From positions 16,306,001-16,370,000 of the forward strand of contig NC_043024.1 of NCBI RefSeq assembly GCF_006345805.1: 64,000 nucleotides of DNA, given 5' to 3'. Shown here piece by piece: positions 21,400 through 34,511 of the stretch. Within the stretch, counting starts at the first letter, position 1; each line of letters opens with the position of its first letter. Made by a program: the position numbers and the translations under genes. Below the pieces are notes generated by a model. That model was given only the letters and a program-made list of their open reading frames with translations. It did not search any database and was not told the DNA's origin. Source of the stretch: Octopus sinensis. Taxonomy: Eukaryota.

Positions 21400-22669
21400 A
21401 CTACTGATCTCAGATGAACTATGCACACAAAGATTGAGTTTTGACACATCACTTCCACAGATGTACCCTGTTTCTATTTCTAGCAACTCGTAGCAGTTGT
21501 CAACATTTTGCATGTAGTAAAGAATTATGTGTACCAACGACAAATTAAGTCCAGTGAATAAATTATTTTTAACTATGAAACGATTCACTCATTTGTTTAC
21601 TTCAAAGACACACACATTCCTTTTGCATCTGTTCACCATGATACACAGTTAACCACTACACACACACACACACACACAGACACACACAGACACACACACA
21701 TGCATATGTACGTCCCCTTTTGGAAAGAGGTACCATAATTTTCTCTTCTTCTATTTGTAATTGTATTTACTCTTTTACTTTTTACTTGTTTCAGTCATTT
21801 GACTGTGGCCAAGCTGGAGCACCACCTTTAGTCGAGCAAATCGACCCCAGGACTTATTTTTTGTAAGCCTAGTACTTATTCTATCGGTCTCTTTTGCCAA
21901 ACCACTAAGTTACGGGAACATAAACACATCAGCACCGGTTGTCAAGCGATGTTGGGGTGACAAACACAGACACACACATACATATACATATACATATATA
22001 CGACAGGCTTCTTTCAGTTTCCATCTACCAAATCCACTCACAAGGCTTTGGTCAGTTCGAGGCTATAGTAGAAGACACTTGCCCAAGGTGCCATGCAGTG
22101 GGACTGAACCCAGAACCATGTGGTTGGTAAGCAAGCTACTTACCACACAGCCACTCTGCAAGATAATTAGTCAGTCTGCTAGCAATAGCATGAGAGGTCA
22201 TTTCATTAATGTTCTCACCAAAGTTTCCTTTACTCTGTTGTTTCTCAAAATGACATCTAATTTTGTTTTGATTTGAAAAAATTTAGCATTTCGTTAATTC
22301 ATTCTGTTTTCTAAGAGAACACTTAGAAAACTCTTCTTATCTTCCCAGTTTAAAGATGAAATCGTGAAGTTCATCCCTAAAACTCTCAACTGCCTGGGGC
22401 AATACATCTGATGGCTGGCTTTTTGTTTAACTCCTTTAAAACGCTTCTTGCTGTTCACCTTCTTAAGAACCACATAAGTGACCTCTATGTGGGCAGTCAA
22501 TCTGCTAGAAATAGCAGTGACGTCCCCTCCAAACCAAACCTCCACTGTGTTAAATAAGGTACAACCTATTAGGTGATGTAGTCTTAGGTACCATTAAAAA
22601 GATGGGATGGTTATGGTTGGAGTGTCTCATAGATTTACTCGACTGAGTTTGATCTGGGCCTAGCAACAA

Positions 22670-23350
22670 CAGCAACATCACCATCATCTTCTTCTTCATC
22701 ATCATCAACATCATCATCACCTTCGTCATCATCATAATCATCAACATCATCATCTTCGTCATCATCATAATCTTCATCATCATTGTTATCATCACCATCT
22801 CGATCATCTGCATCATCGTCGTCATCATCATGATCATCATAATTATCATCATCATTATCACCATTATAATCATAATCATTGTTGTCATCATCATGATCAT
22901 CATCATTATCATAATCATCATCATCATCGTCGTCATCATCCTCGTCATTATCAGCATCACTATCATCATCATCAGCATCATTGCAATAGTGGTATTGTCA
23001 ACAATAGTAGCAATAAAAAACACCACCATCACCACCACCACCACCATCACTACCACTGCCACCACCACCACCACCATCGCCGCCGCAGCCACCACCACCA
23101 CCACTGCCACCACCATCACCACCACCACTGCCACCACCACCACCACCACCACCACTGCCACCACCACCACCACCACCACCACTGCCACCACCACTGCCAC
23201 CACCGCTGCTGCTCCTACCATTCTTGCCATTACTACAGCTGCCACTGCTGTTGCTCCAGCTGGCACTGCCATTGCAAAATGATGACAATAATAACGAAAA
23301 CTGCCATCATCATCATCATCTTCATCATAATCAACAGCAACAATTCGTCT
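22670..23350. repeat. Compound (CAT)n/(CAC)n trinucleotide array
   Basis: Read directly. Explains the poly-M/V/I/T/G ORFs. Similar arrays at 26430-26716 and 30070-30490. Confidence 0.95.
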
Positions 23351-23799
23351 TCCACTCTTTCCAAATGCTGCCCCTCTCCTCTCATGACCCTCCTCATTCA
23401 ACTCTTTTACCATCATTTTGCCTGTTGCTTGATTGTAGAACTGTGGACCTGCTCCATCCAAAAAGGGCTGTTCAGATGCCCCCACACAGGCTGCATTTAT
23501 TTCCCCATTTCTCTCCTTCCTTCCCCGTCTGCTGCCATTATCTTCCCTGCCTTTCCTCAGTGATGTAGCTACAATGTGTGCCACCTGGGGGTAGCAGCTC
23601 CTCAGCACACCTCTACCCCCTGCGACCCTCCCCCACCTCAAGACTTACAAAGGAAACCCTAAAGGGCTAACCATATTAACCCCATCTTCATCAACACCCA
23701 CATCGCTTCTCCTCTGCGCAACACCTCTCCTCCTCCTCTTCCTCCTTCTCCCTCATCCCCTCATATGTTGAAACATACATTAATGCAGGCACACTAACA

Positions 23800-24601
23800 A
23801 CTACACACACACACACCCCCTAGCACATACACACACACCCTAGCACATACACACACATATATACTGATACACACATACACTGACACAGTGGCACACACAC
23901 ACATGCACACACACACACTAACACACACACATACTGACACAAACATACATACTGATATACACATACACTGTCACACACACAGACACACACACACAGATAT
24001 ACACACATACATGCACATGCACACACACACATACACACACATTAGCATATACAAATACTTTCATACATGTATAGTGATACACACATAGTGACACACACAC
24101 GTGCACTAGTACATACAAATACTGACATACATATACAGTGATACACACACACATGCACACACAGACAGACACACACACACACATGTACATGTATGCACAT
24201 ACACACATACACACAGCAACAACGTTACAACACACCAGTGAGTGTATACATACACACTGCTATGTTGGTGTTACTTAACACGTGATATGTTAATTAAAAT
24301 ACACCTCGTTTAATGAACACTTCGTTTAACAAACACTTTAGTATTGAATCTAATCAACTTTCAATCAAGATGTAGATTGTATATGCTGTGTGTGTATATG
24401 CTGTTATATGTGTGTGTGTGTGTGTGTGTGTGTAAACGTGTGTGTATGTGCATGTGTGTGTATGTGCATGTGTGTGTGTGTAAACGTGTGTGTATGTGCA
24501 TGTGTGTGTGTATAATGGATGTGTGTGAATATTTATATCGCAATTATTATTAGTGTGTATGTCTTTATATGTGTATGTTGTTTTATACACACACATACAT
24601 A

Positions 24602-24634
<33 letters not shown>

Positions 24635-25090
24635 CAAACACACATGCGCACACACATATGTACGTATATACATGTAACTGTTTTTTGTATATATTACACG
24701 TTTATACGTCTCTGGATCTGTGTATTGTATGTGTTTATATCTAAGTGTATATAGTTATATCACTGTGTATGTGTATACCTATGTATGTGTGTGTGTATGG
24801 TTATAATGGATTATTTCATTATGTGTGTATGCCTGCATAAAAGATGTGTCTGTTTATAAGTATGTGAATATGTATGTTGCTTTGTGTATGTATGCTTCTG
24901 TCTCTGTGAATGTGTATGCTTGTGTATTTGTGTGTGCTTGCGTTTAATATATAAGTGTATCTATCTATATGTAATTGTGTGTGCGTGTGTGCGTGCATGT
25001 GTGTGTGGTTGTGTGTATATGTGTTCATAATAAAATGTATATGTGTGCATATGTCTACCTGTATGTACATATGCATATGTGTATGTGTGG
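23800..25090. repeat. Degenerate (CA)n/(TG)n/(TA)n microsatellite field
   Basis: Read directly. Confidence 0.9.
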
Positions 25091-25721
25091 AGAAAGAGGA
25101 GAGAAAGAGGAGACAGAGAGAGAAGGAGGTGAGAGAGAGAAAAGGAGAGAGCTGGCTGAATCCGTATAAACATAGAACAGTGATCTATTTCTTAAGGAGA
25201 GCAACATTTCTAATCGCCAAATTCTCTTCTATCATCCTTGCTTCCAATGTACCATTGAAGAAACCTCATTACTTGACCTGCTAGAAATAGCACCCAAATC
25301 TCCTTCAAAACGCTAAACCCTACCATACATTGGATAATGTGATCCTAGTTACACTATGGCTGAATTAAAGATGAAGGAGTCATGGCTGGATTTCCTTTGG
25401 ATAAAAGTCTGCTCATTGAGGGCTGACCAGGAGATAAATAATAGCATGGTGGTTATAGCTGGAATACTTTTCTTTATACAGATCTGCTCAAAGTGACGAA
25501 TTAACAGAGTCTGTAGAGCATCAGATAGAATGTTTCACAGTATTTGTTGTGATTCTTTATGTTCCGAGTTAAGATCCAGTCAAAGACAACTGTTCCTTTC
25601 AGGGTGGTGGACTATGAGAATTGTTTGAATGAAAAATAAGGTGGCTGGTGGAATGTTCCCAGCTCTGGACATTCATTATTCAATTGATGCCTCATGGCCA
25701 CCTGAAAGAATAAAAGAAATG

Positions 25722-26120
25722 AAAGGGAGACCAAGGAAGAGATGGGTCGAAGCTCTGAAGGACAATGTAGAGGGAGACCCAGGAAGACATGGGTCAAAGT
25801 GCTGAAGGCCAACTAAGAGGGGGACCCAGGAAGACATGGGTCAAAGTGCTGAAGGACAGACAAGAGGGAGACCCTGGAAGACATAGGTCAAAGTGCTGAA
25901 GGACAGTCAAGAGAGAGACCCAGGAAGACATGGGTCAAAGTGCTGAAGGACAGTCAAGAGGGAGACCCTGGAAGACATAGGTCAACCAAGAGGACAACCA
26001 AGAGGGAGACCTAAGAAGAGATGGGATGAGGTACTAAAGACGATGAAGAGGGGACCCAGGAAGAGATGAGACGAAGTACTGAAAGATGACCTTAGGACAC
26101 TGAACCTTACAAAGGAGATG
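25722..26120 (+). repeat. Minisatellite of about 47 bp, 8 copies, derived from the RTE C-terminal GRPRKTW coding segment
   Basis: Unit GAGGGAGACCCAGGAAGACATGGGTCAAAGTGCTGAAGGACAGTCAA. The last unit runs into ..VLKDDLRTLNLTKEM. Confidence 0.85.
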
Positions 26121-26465
26121 ATAAAGGAGAAGATATCTGGTGCTTTGCTGTACTCAAGAAGACCTGTTCTACACAACAGAAGTGTTAATGCCATGCACCC
26201 TGGTAAAGAGGATTGGCCTGCTCCACTCCATGTAGCAGCATCCTTGCTGTTACCACATAAAAGGCACTCAGAACACTCTGTAAAGTGGCTGGCGTCAAGA
26301 AGGGCATCCAGCTGTAGAAACCAAGCCAAAAGAGACTGGAACCTGGTGCAGCACTCCTGCTAAACCTGCTCTGGTCAGATTGGCCAAATGATGCCAGCAT
26401 GATAAAACAGGCGATAAAGGAGGTGGGGATGATGATGGTGGTGGTGGTGGTGGTGGTGGTGGTGG

Positions 26466-26503
<38 letters not shown>

Positions 26504-27293
26504 ATGATTATGATGGTGGTGGTGGTGATGATGATGATGATGGAGACGATGATGATGATGGAGATGATTATGATGGTGATGGTGGTGGTGGTGATGATGA
26601 TGACGCTGATGATGGAGATGAGTATGATGGTGGTGGTGGTGATGATGATGATGATGGAGACGATGATGATGGTGATGGCGATGAAGGTGATGGTGATGAT
26701 GATGATGATGATGATATGACTTTCCTCAGAAGTTGTGTTTACTAAAAGATGACGGTAACAATAATTGAAAGAACCAATCAAAACAGATTTTCCTTGGTAT
26801 AATTGAGCAATGAGTTGCAATGAGATGCGATGCCGTTAAAATTAAAGCTGATTTAGTGATATTAATTAATGAGCGAATCCATTCAGGAGATTGGTCTTAA
26901 TGGTAGTATTTTCTCTTAGTTTGAAATATTATATTCCACTGTTCATGCTTCTTCCCTATTTCCATCCATCTTTTCTAATGGCTATTCCTGAAAGGGTCAT
27001 GCGGATAGAGTCCTCAGATAGCTTCCCTAAAGGATTTTATCAGAAGCAATCATCATTACTCCTTTCTGCTGGATTCCCAAGAATGACCAACTAAGGCTAT
27101 GAAAATCATCCAACCGCCTCACCCTTGATAAACCTCCAGGTTGCAATTCTTTCCTGTAGCATTCTAACTGTAGAGAAAGCCATTATGACTCCAGCAGCTA
27201 CCATCAAACATGACCAAAGCAGTTCTAAAGTACCACCTCCTCTACCATCCTTATATTCAGGCATAGGAGTGGCTGTGTGGTAAGTAGCTTGCT

Positions 27294-29534
27294 GATCCAG
27301 CAGTTTGATACCCCTGTAGTTATTTCTCTCTAGAGCATCACCTTTACCCTTGTTGCAGTTGACTATGGTGCTGCTACGCCAGTCATTGGGTATCACTCCA
27401 TCATAAAATACCTGGTTTACAAAGCTGGTGACTAGGCCATAGCCCACACCACCTGATGTTTTAAGCATCTCAGCAGTGATTCCTGATGGGCCAGGGGCTG
27501 TTCCTGGCTTCATACCCCTAATTGCTTTATCTATTGGGATAGCTGGTCCCTCTACTGGTCAACATTTGGCCGGTTCCCCTCCTTCCATTCCCACTCACTT
27601 CAATTCTTTGGTCCTCATGACACTGGATATTGGCAAACTTCTTCTTTTCTGCTTTGCCCTTGGCTATGTATACCTGCCGCCCAGTCTCCCTTTTGACTAC
27701 CTGGTACAGTTCCCTGCTACCCCCACACTTCCAGGCTTTCCAGGCCTGTTTCTTTGCTCTAATGGCTTTGTCTACCACACTATTCCACCACCATGTAACT
27801 CTAGGCCCATCTTTCCACCATCTGCAGACTTGGTCTGTGGCACTCAGAAAGCTGTCCTGTAGGAATTTCCAGCTACCTTCTATGTCCGATATCTAGCTCC
27901 TCCTCCCTCTCATCAAATTTCTTGATGAGGATGTCCCTAAATCTCTCATGGAGAGGGTCATAGCTCATCTCCTTTGGGAGAAAGTCTGCTTAGATGAGAT
28001 GCAGTTTGGTTTTGTGCTGGGTAGAAGCACCACTGATGCCATATTCCTGGTTTGACAACTACAGGAGAAATACCTAGCTAAAGATAAACACCTCTACTTA
28101 GCTTTTGTGTACTTGGAGAAAGCCTTTGACAGGGTCCCCCGATCCCTTATCTGGTGGGCGATGTGGAAACTAGGGATTAATGAATGCTTAATAAGGCCCT
28201 ATACAGAGAGGCCGTTAGTAAGGTTAGGATTGGCAATGAGTATAGTGAAGAATTCCGGGTAGAAGTAGGGGGCCACCAAGGTTCAGCCTTCAGTCCCCTT
28301 TTATTCATCATAGTCCTCCAGGGAATAACAGAGGAATTCAAAATGGGTTGCCCCTGGGAGCTCCTCAATGCTGATGACCTGGCCCTCATAGCAGAATCAC
28401 TACCAGAAGCAGAAAAGAAATTTCGGGTGTTGAAGCAAAGTTTAGAATGTAGCAAAGACCAAAAGTAGGAAGGTGAACTCATCACAAACCCCTTCGGGTA
28501 GGTGGCCCTGCTTGATCTGTAGAAAAGGTGTAGGTAGAAACTCCATAAGATGTACCCAGTGTAAGCTATGGACACATACTTGGTACAGTAACATCAAAGT
28601 AAGATTAACCGAGAAAATAGCTTTCATGTGCGGCAGAAGCACAGGGGCAATAGACACCATTGATACTCAGAAAACAGATTCGATCACACTCCATGGGGAG
28701 AAACTAGAAGTAGTTGACAGCTTCTGCTATCTAGGTGACCAAGTTAGTAGTGGGGGTGGATGCTCAGAGAGTGTTACCACTAGAATAAGAATAACCTGGG
28801 CAAAGTTTAGAAAGCTCCTACCCCTACTGGTGACAAAGGGCCTCTTGCTCAGAGTGAAAGGTAGATTGTACAATGCATATGTGCAAACTGCCATGCTTCA
28901 CAGCAGTGAAACATGGGTCGTGACTGCGGAGAACATGCGTGTACTTGAAAGAAATGAAGCTAGCATGATCTGCTGGATGTGTAATGTTAGTGTAAACACC
29001 ATGAGAGAAATGTTGGACATAAGAAGCATTGGATGTGGTGTGCAAGAGAGATGTTTGCGCTGGTATGGTCATGTACTATGGATGGATGAGGAGAGATGTG
29101 TGAAGAAGTGCCACTCCCAAACAGTTGAAGGAATCTGGGATAGAGGCAGACCCAAGAAGACATGGGATAAAGTGGTCAAGCATGACCTTCGAATGTTGGG
29201 CCTCACAGGCAATGACAAAAGACCAAAACCTCTGAAGGTATGCTGTGACTGTGAAGACCCAGCAAATAAAGTGAGTTCACAGCTATATCCTACACCAGTT
29301 TTGCATAACCAGCCCCAGCCCATTCAAAAGCACCTTGGATTGTAGGGCGACCTACTGTGCTTGAGGAGACCTTTTGAGTCAATTACATCAACATCAAAAT
29401 AAAAATCAAATGGAAATTGTAATTGTGATATCTGTGCCGGTGGCATGTAAAAAGAACCAACTGATTGTGGCCATTGCCAGGCTCCTCTGGCCCCTGTGCT
29501 GGTGGCACGTAAAAAGCACCTACTACACTCACGG
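27294..29534 (+). mobile_element. RTE LINE with inverted 5' half, inserted into a SINE A
   Basis: The minus part (about 27915 to 27297) ends NYRGIKLLDQ. The plus part starts MERVIAHL..DEMQFGF..KAFDRVP..HQGSAFSPLLF..LNADDL..FCYLGD..GRPKKTW and continues into the 3' UTR. SINE head at 27262-27293, SINE remainder at 29535-29910. Confidence 0.88.
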
Positions 29535-30093
29535 TGCAAGTGTCTTCTACTGTAGCCTCGGGCCGACCAAAGCCTCATAAGTGGATTTGGCAGATGGAAA
29601 CTGAAAAGAAGCCCGTCGTATATATATGTGTGTGTGTGTGTGTGTGTCTGTGTGTGTGTGTGAGTGTGTGTGTGTGTGTGTGTATGTTTGTGTGTGTGTA
29701 TGTTTGTGTGTCTGTTTGTCCCCCCAGAATCGCTTGACAACCAATGCTGGTGGGTTTAGTCCTCGTAGTTTAGTGGTTCGGCAAAAGAGACCGATAAAAT
29801 ATGTACTAGGCTTACAAAGAATAAGCTCTGGGGTCGAATTGCTCGACTATAAAGGTGGTGCTCCAGCATGGCCACAGTCAAATGACTGAAACAAGTAAAA
29901 AAATAAAGAATACATATGCATATAAATTAAAATTCTGCGTCTGTTATTGATTTATATTTTTATCAATATATTCTGAATTTGATAAGAAAAATATAAATTA
30001 TGTTTGAAAAGCTAATTTAGATCTTTAGATTTGCAAAGAAGGTGGAGAAATCTAACGGCACAGTGGATAACAATAACGATAATAATAATAATA

Positions 30094-30132
<39 letters not shown>

Positions 30133-30530
30133 TAATAATAATAATAAAATAATAATAATAGCAACAATAACAATAGCAATAATAATAATCATCATCATCA
30201 TCACAAAGATACGGAAGAAAAGATTTCTGTAGATGGATTAGGTAGGTAATTAGGACGATGAAAATTAATGACTCTGAAGATGGTTATGATGATTATGATG
30301 AGGATGACGACAATGCTGCTGCTGAAGATGATGTTAATGATGACCAGCATGGTGATGGTATCGATGTTGGTGATTATAACAGGGAGCGATGATGAGGATG
30401 ATGATGATGATGAGGATGATGATGATGATGAGGATGATGATGTTCATCACAGTGATGACAATAACGATGCTGATGATATTGATGATGTCAATTTATAGAA
30501 CAAAAAGAAAGGATTGAAAGAACGAAAGCG

Positions 30531-30562
<32 letters not shown>

Positions 30563-30599
30563 GATATATGTATTCATATATGTGCATATATATACATAC

Positions 30600-30632
<33 letters not shown>

Positions 30633-30876
30633 TAGATACATGCATTCACACACAAGCATTTATATAGTTATGTATATCACTATATACTCATGTATGTATA
30701 TGTGAGTATGTATATGTATATATATTTATACGTATTTACGTGTGTGTGTGTATAAAATATATATATATATAAATATAATATAATATATATATATTATATA
30801 TATATATATATATACATATATATGCAAATATCCAATGTATGTATGAATATATAGTGTGTGTATGTATATCTTTATA

Positions 30877-30945
<69 letters not shown>

Positions 30946-31810
30946 CATATATATATATGTAGTATATATATACATATATATATATGTATGTATATAATAT
31001 ATATATATATTATGTATGTATATTATATATATATATATAATATACTATATATTATATACTTACAGACACACACATATAGAGAGGAAGACAGAGAAGAAGA
31101 AAGAGAAAGGAAGAGAGAGAAAAGAAGAGAGAGAGAGGAAGAAGACAAATATGGATGGGGAGAAAATCCCCAGGAATAATCACAAAAATTATTTCTTTCT
31201 TATTTGTTATTTTTTCTACTTTTTTTCTTTTTCCAATAACAAATTGAAAAATGGAATTGAATAAACTAAAAATAAAAAAAAAACAAAAAATAAATGAAAT
31301 TATATAGACCTTAATAAAAAAAAAATACAGAAAAAGAAAAAGAAAAAGAAAGAAGGAAAGGAGAAAAGGAAGAAGAGAAAAGAAAAAGAATAGGAAGAAG
31401 AAGAACTGTTGGAAACTGCGAAGTTGCAGGAACAGTTACTATAGAAACGTGTGACGTGATGCATGAATTGCAACAAGGTGTATTTGTACTTGGTACAAGT
31501 TACAGTTGCGTTATTATTGTTGTTGTTGTTGTTGTTATCATAACTGTTTTTGTTGTTTTTCTTGTTCTGGTGTTGCACAGGAATGCAATAACGCGTGCTT
31601 AATGACAAGGATGGCTCTACTTCATTAAATACTTTGCATTCATACATTTATACATACATGCACATTGATAATTTCTACATACTGATATCTGTATACACAC
31701 ACACATATATATAGGTATATAGATAGATATACCTATATATATAGGTCTATCTATCTATCTATCTATCTATCTATATATATATATAATATATATATATATA
31801 GGTATATCTA

Positions 31811-31890
<80 letters not shown>

Positions 31891-32101
31891 TAGATAGATA
31901 CATACATAGATAAATAGATAGATAAGAATATATATATATAATATATATACATGTATCTATGTAACTATATCAGTATAACATGTGTATATATGTCTATATA
32001 TATATACTGTATGTCTATCTCTGTCTGTCAGTCAGTCTGTCTCTCTCTATCTATCTATCTATCTATCTACAGATCTATCAATCTGTCCTCTTTCTCCCTC
32101 C

Positions 32102-32151
<50 letters not shown>

Positions 32152-32165
32152 ATACATATGTGTGA

Positions 32166-32215
<50 letters not shown>

Positions 32216-32668
32216 CTACTTAGACATGTATAAGCATAAAAAATTTGAATATGCATATTCATCTATCTGTATATATTTATATTTAAGTGTGTATCTGCAC
32301 ACGCACTCACACAAACACACACACACACATGCACACACATATATACATACACACATACAGATACAAGTCGGTATAAATATGTTTTTATGTAAATATGTAT
32401 AGTGTGTGTGTGTATCCTCCGGGATAAATATTTCCAAAATAACTTGTGTTTTTCTTTTCTATTTAGAATAAGGAAAGTCTAAACTTGGTCTGGTAAATTC
32501 TAATGATGATATTTTCGGATCATCTTTCATAAGAAGCATTATATTTTGGTTTCATCAAACTATGTAACATGCAACATGTAGATAAGATACCTAACAATGT
32601 GTGTGCATATATGTACATGTATATATCTGTGTGTGTGTGTGTGTGTATATATATACATGTATATATAC

Positions 32669-32704
<36 letters not shown>

Positions 32705-32711
<7 letters not shown>

Positions 32712-32915
32712 TAATCCAAACAAGAAAACACAAAAAAACACAACAATGCGAGGACGTGGAACAAATATAGTATTATTGGACGCTCAGGAAAGAAGGAATG
32801 AAGGAGGGTTTAACGTTTCGAGTGGAGCGCTTCGTCAGAAACATAGGAGAAGGAAAGATCCAGAGAAGGGAAGACAGAGGAAAAAAAAAATCGCCAACGG
32901 TACACACGAGGTCCC
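32705..32915 (-). mobile_element. PLE-type stub with minimal hammerhead (32808-32842), stem II damaged. Sister copy at 60024-60225(+).
   Basis: GTTT | CTGACGA | A-GCGC-TCC-ACTC | GAAA | CG-T-T | AAAC. The sister has intact GAGC-TCC-GCTC but a damaged core. Confidence 0.65.
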
Positions 32916-32938
32916 ATATGTATATATATATATGTATG

Positions 32939-32992
<54 letters not shown>

Positions 32993-33328
32993 TAGATATT
33001 ATATGTTCTATTTGAACTGACAGGGGAGACAACCTTCCCACAGCAAGCAAATTGCATTAGATTAGTATGCTAATTTCATGCAGAAATTAATCCTCATCAG
33101 TAATTTTCACTCATTTGTTGGTGGTGAAGCTGAACTCCTGCCTGTCAGTATTATAGAAAATACCTAAGGAATCAGTGGCTGATTCCACAAAATGGTAATG
33201 TGAAAATTATGAAATAATTAAGGTGTCTAGATGCAATTTTAAACCAAAAATGAAATAATTCGCTGTCACTAAAAGTGACCAACAGTGCAGTGAGCACCAG
33301 CATTGCTAGAAATATTACACACGTTTAC

Positions 33329-33397
<69 letters not shown>

Positions 33398-33451
33398 CTA
33401 TATCTATATATATATATATATATCTAATCTCTATATATCTATATATATATA

Positions 33452-33488
<37 letters not shown>

Positions 33489-33545
33489 ATATATATATAT
33501 ATATATCTATATATCTATATCTATATCTATATATCTATATATATA

Positions 33546-33615
<70 letters not shown>

Positions 33616-33696
33616 GCGATGGTTGTCTATCTGTGGAGGCGATGGTTGTCTATCTGGTATGATGTTTTTGTTTATTCATGACATATCTTGGATTCT

Positions 33697-33758
33697 CTTC
33701 ACTGAAGAGCAAGGGATGCGGATACTGCGTTAATTGCGAAATCACAGCTGATATGGAG
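33697..33758 (+). ncRNA. Type I hammerhead, canonical core, AUA triplet, 4-bp stem III with tetraloop
   Basis: CTTCA | CTGAAGA | GCAA-GG-GATGCGG-ATA-CTGCGTT-AA-TTGC | GAAA | TCA-CAGC-TGA-T-A | TGGAG. Predicted cut after 33753. Confidence 0.88.
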
Positions 33759-34449
33759 CTAAATTCTGTTTTTAAATGACTCGCTTCGAGAATTGCATTC
33801 GGTACAATTTGTTTATATTTGGTAGTTATGACTTTAAGAGTCCCTCCTAGCATGCGGCATTTATGTGTAATAATGCCCTCTATACAATATAAATAAATAT
33901 TTTCAAAGAAAAAAATTTACAGTTTTTTCTCTTATGAGGTTTTTCACGCTAACTACTTGATAATTTCTTGTTAAGATTTCTTATTAAGATTTTATCCTAT
34001 TTTAAAAATATGTTTTTAATTTATATATGATTTTTGATTTTGATTTTTCCAGTTTCAGCTCATGAGCTGTGGCCATGCTGGGGCACCGCCATACATATAT
34101 ACATGAACACAGACATATAAATATATACATATCCGTACATATAGATATACACATAAATACACACACACACACATACATATGTATACATACAGAATACAAT
34201 GTAAAGTGGTTGGCTTTAAGAAGGACATCTAGGTATAGAAACCATGCCAAAGTGGACAGTAGAACTTCACAATGGTTAGTGGTAAAAGGATTGAATAGCA
34301 ACAGTATAATGGCATGAGGGAAGAAGAGAAAGTCATAGGAGGGACATACAAATATATATATATATAACCAGCCCCAGCCCATTCACCAAATATAAACAAA
34401 TCGTACCGAATGCAATTCTCGAAGCGAGTCATTTAAAAACAGAATTTAG

Positions 34450-34511
34450 CTCCATATCAGCTGTGATTTCGCAATTAACACAGTATCCGCATCCCTTGCT
34501 CTTCAGTGAAG
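34450..34511 (-). ncRNA. Mirror copy of the 33697-33758 hammerhead
   Basis: Same core and stems on the minus strand, with one C/T change in distal stem II. Confidence 0.86.

Noticed and set aside
22550-23641. 363-aa ORF and overlapping poly-I/T/G ORFs
   Set aside because: Translation of (CAT)n/(CAC)n repeats, which lack stops in several frames.
26399-26719. Poly-Met/Val ORF
   Set aside because: (GAT)/(GGT) trinucleotide array.
26870-27260. Possible decayed coding sequence on the minus strand (also 41880-42120 and 56600-57350)
   Set aside because: Multiple stops and no diagnostic motif; family cannot be assigned by eye.
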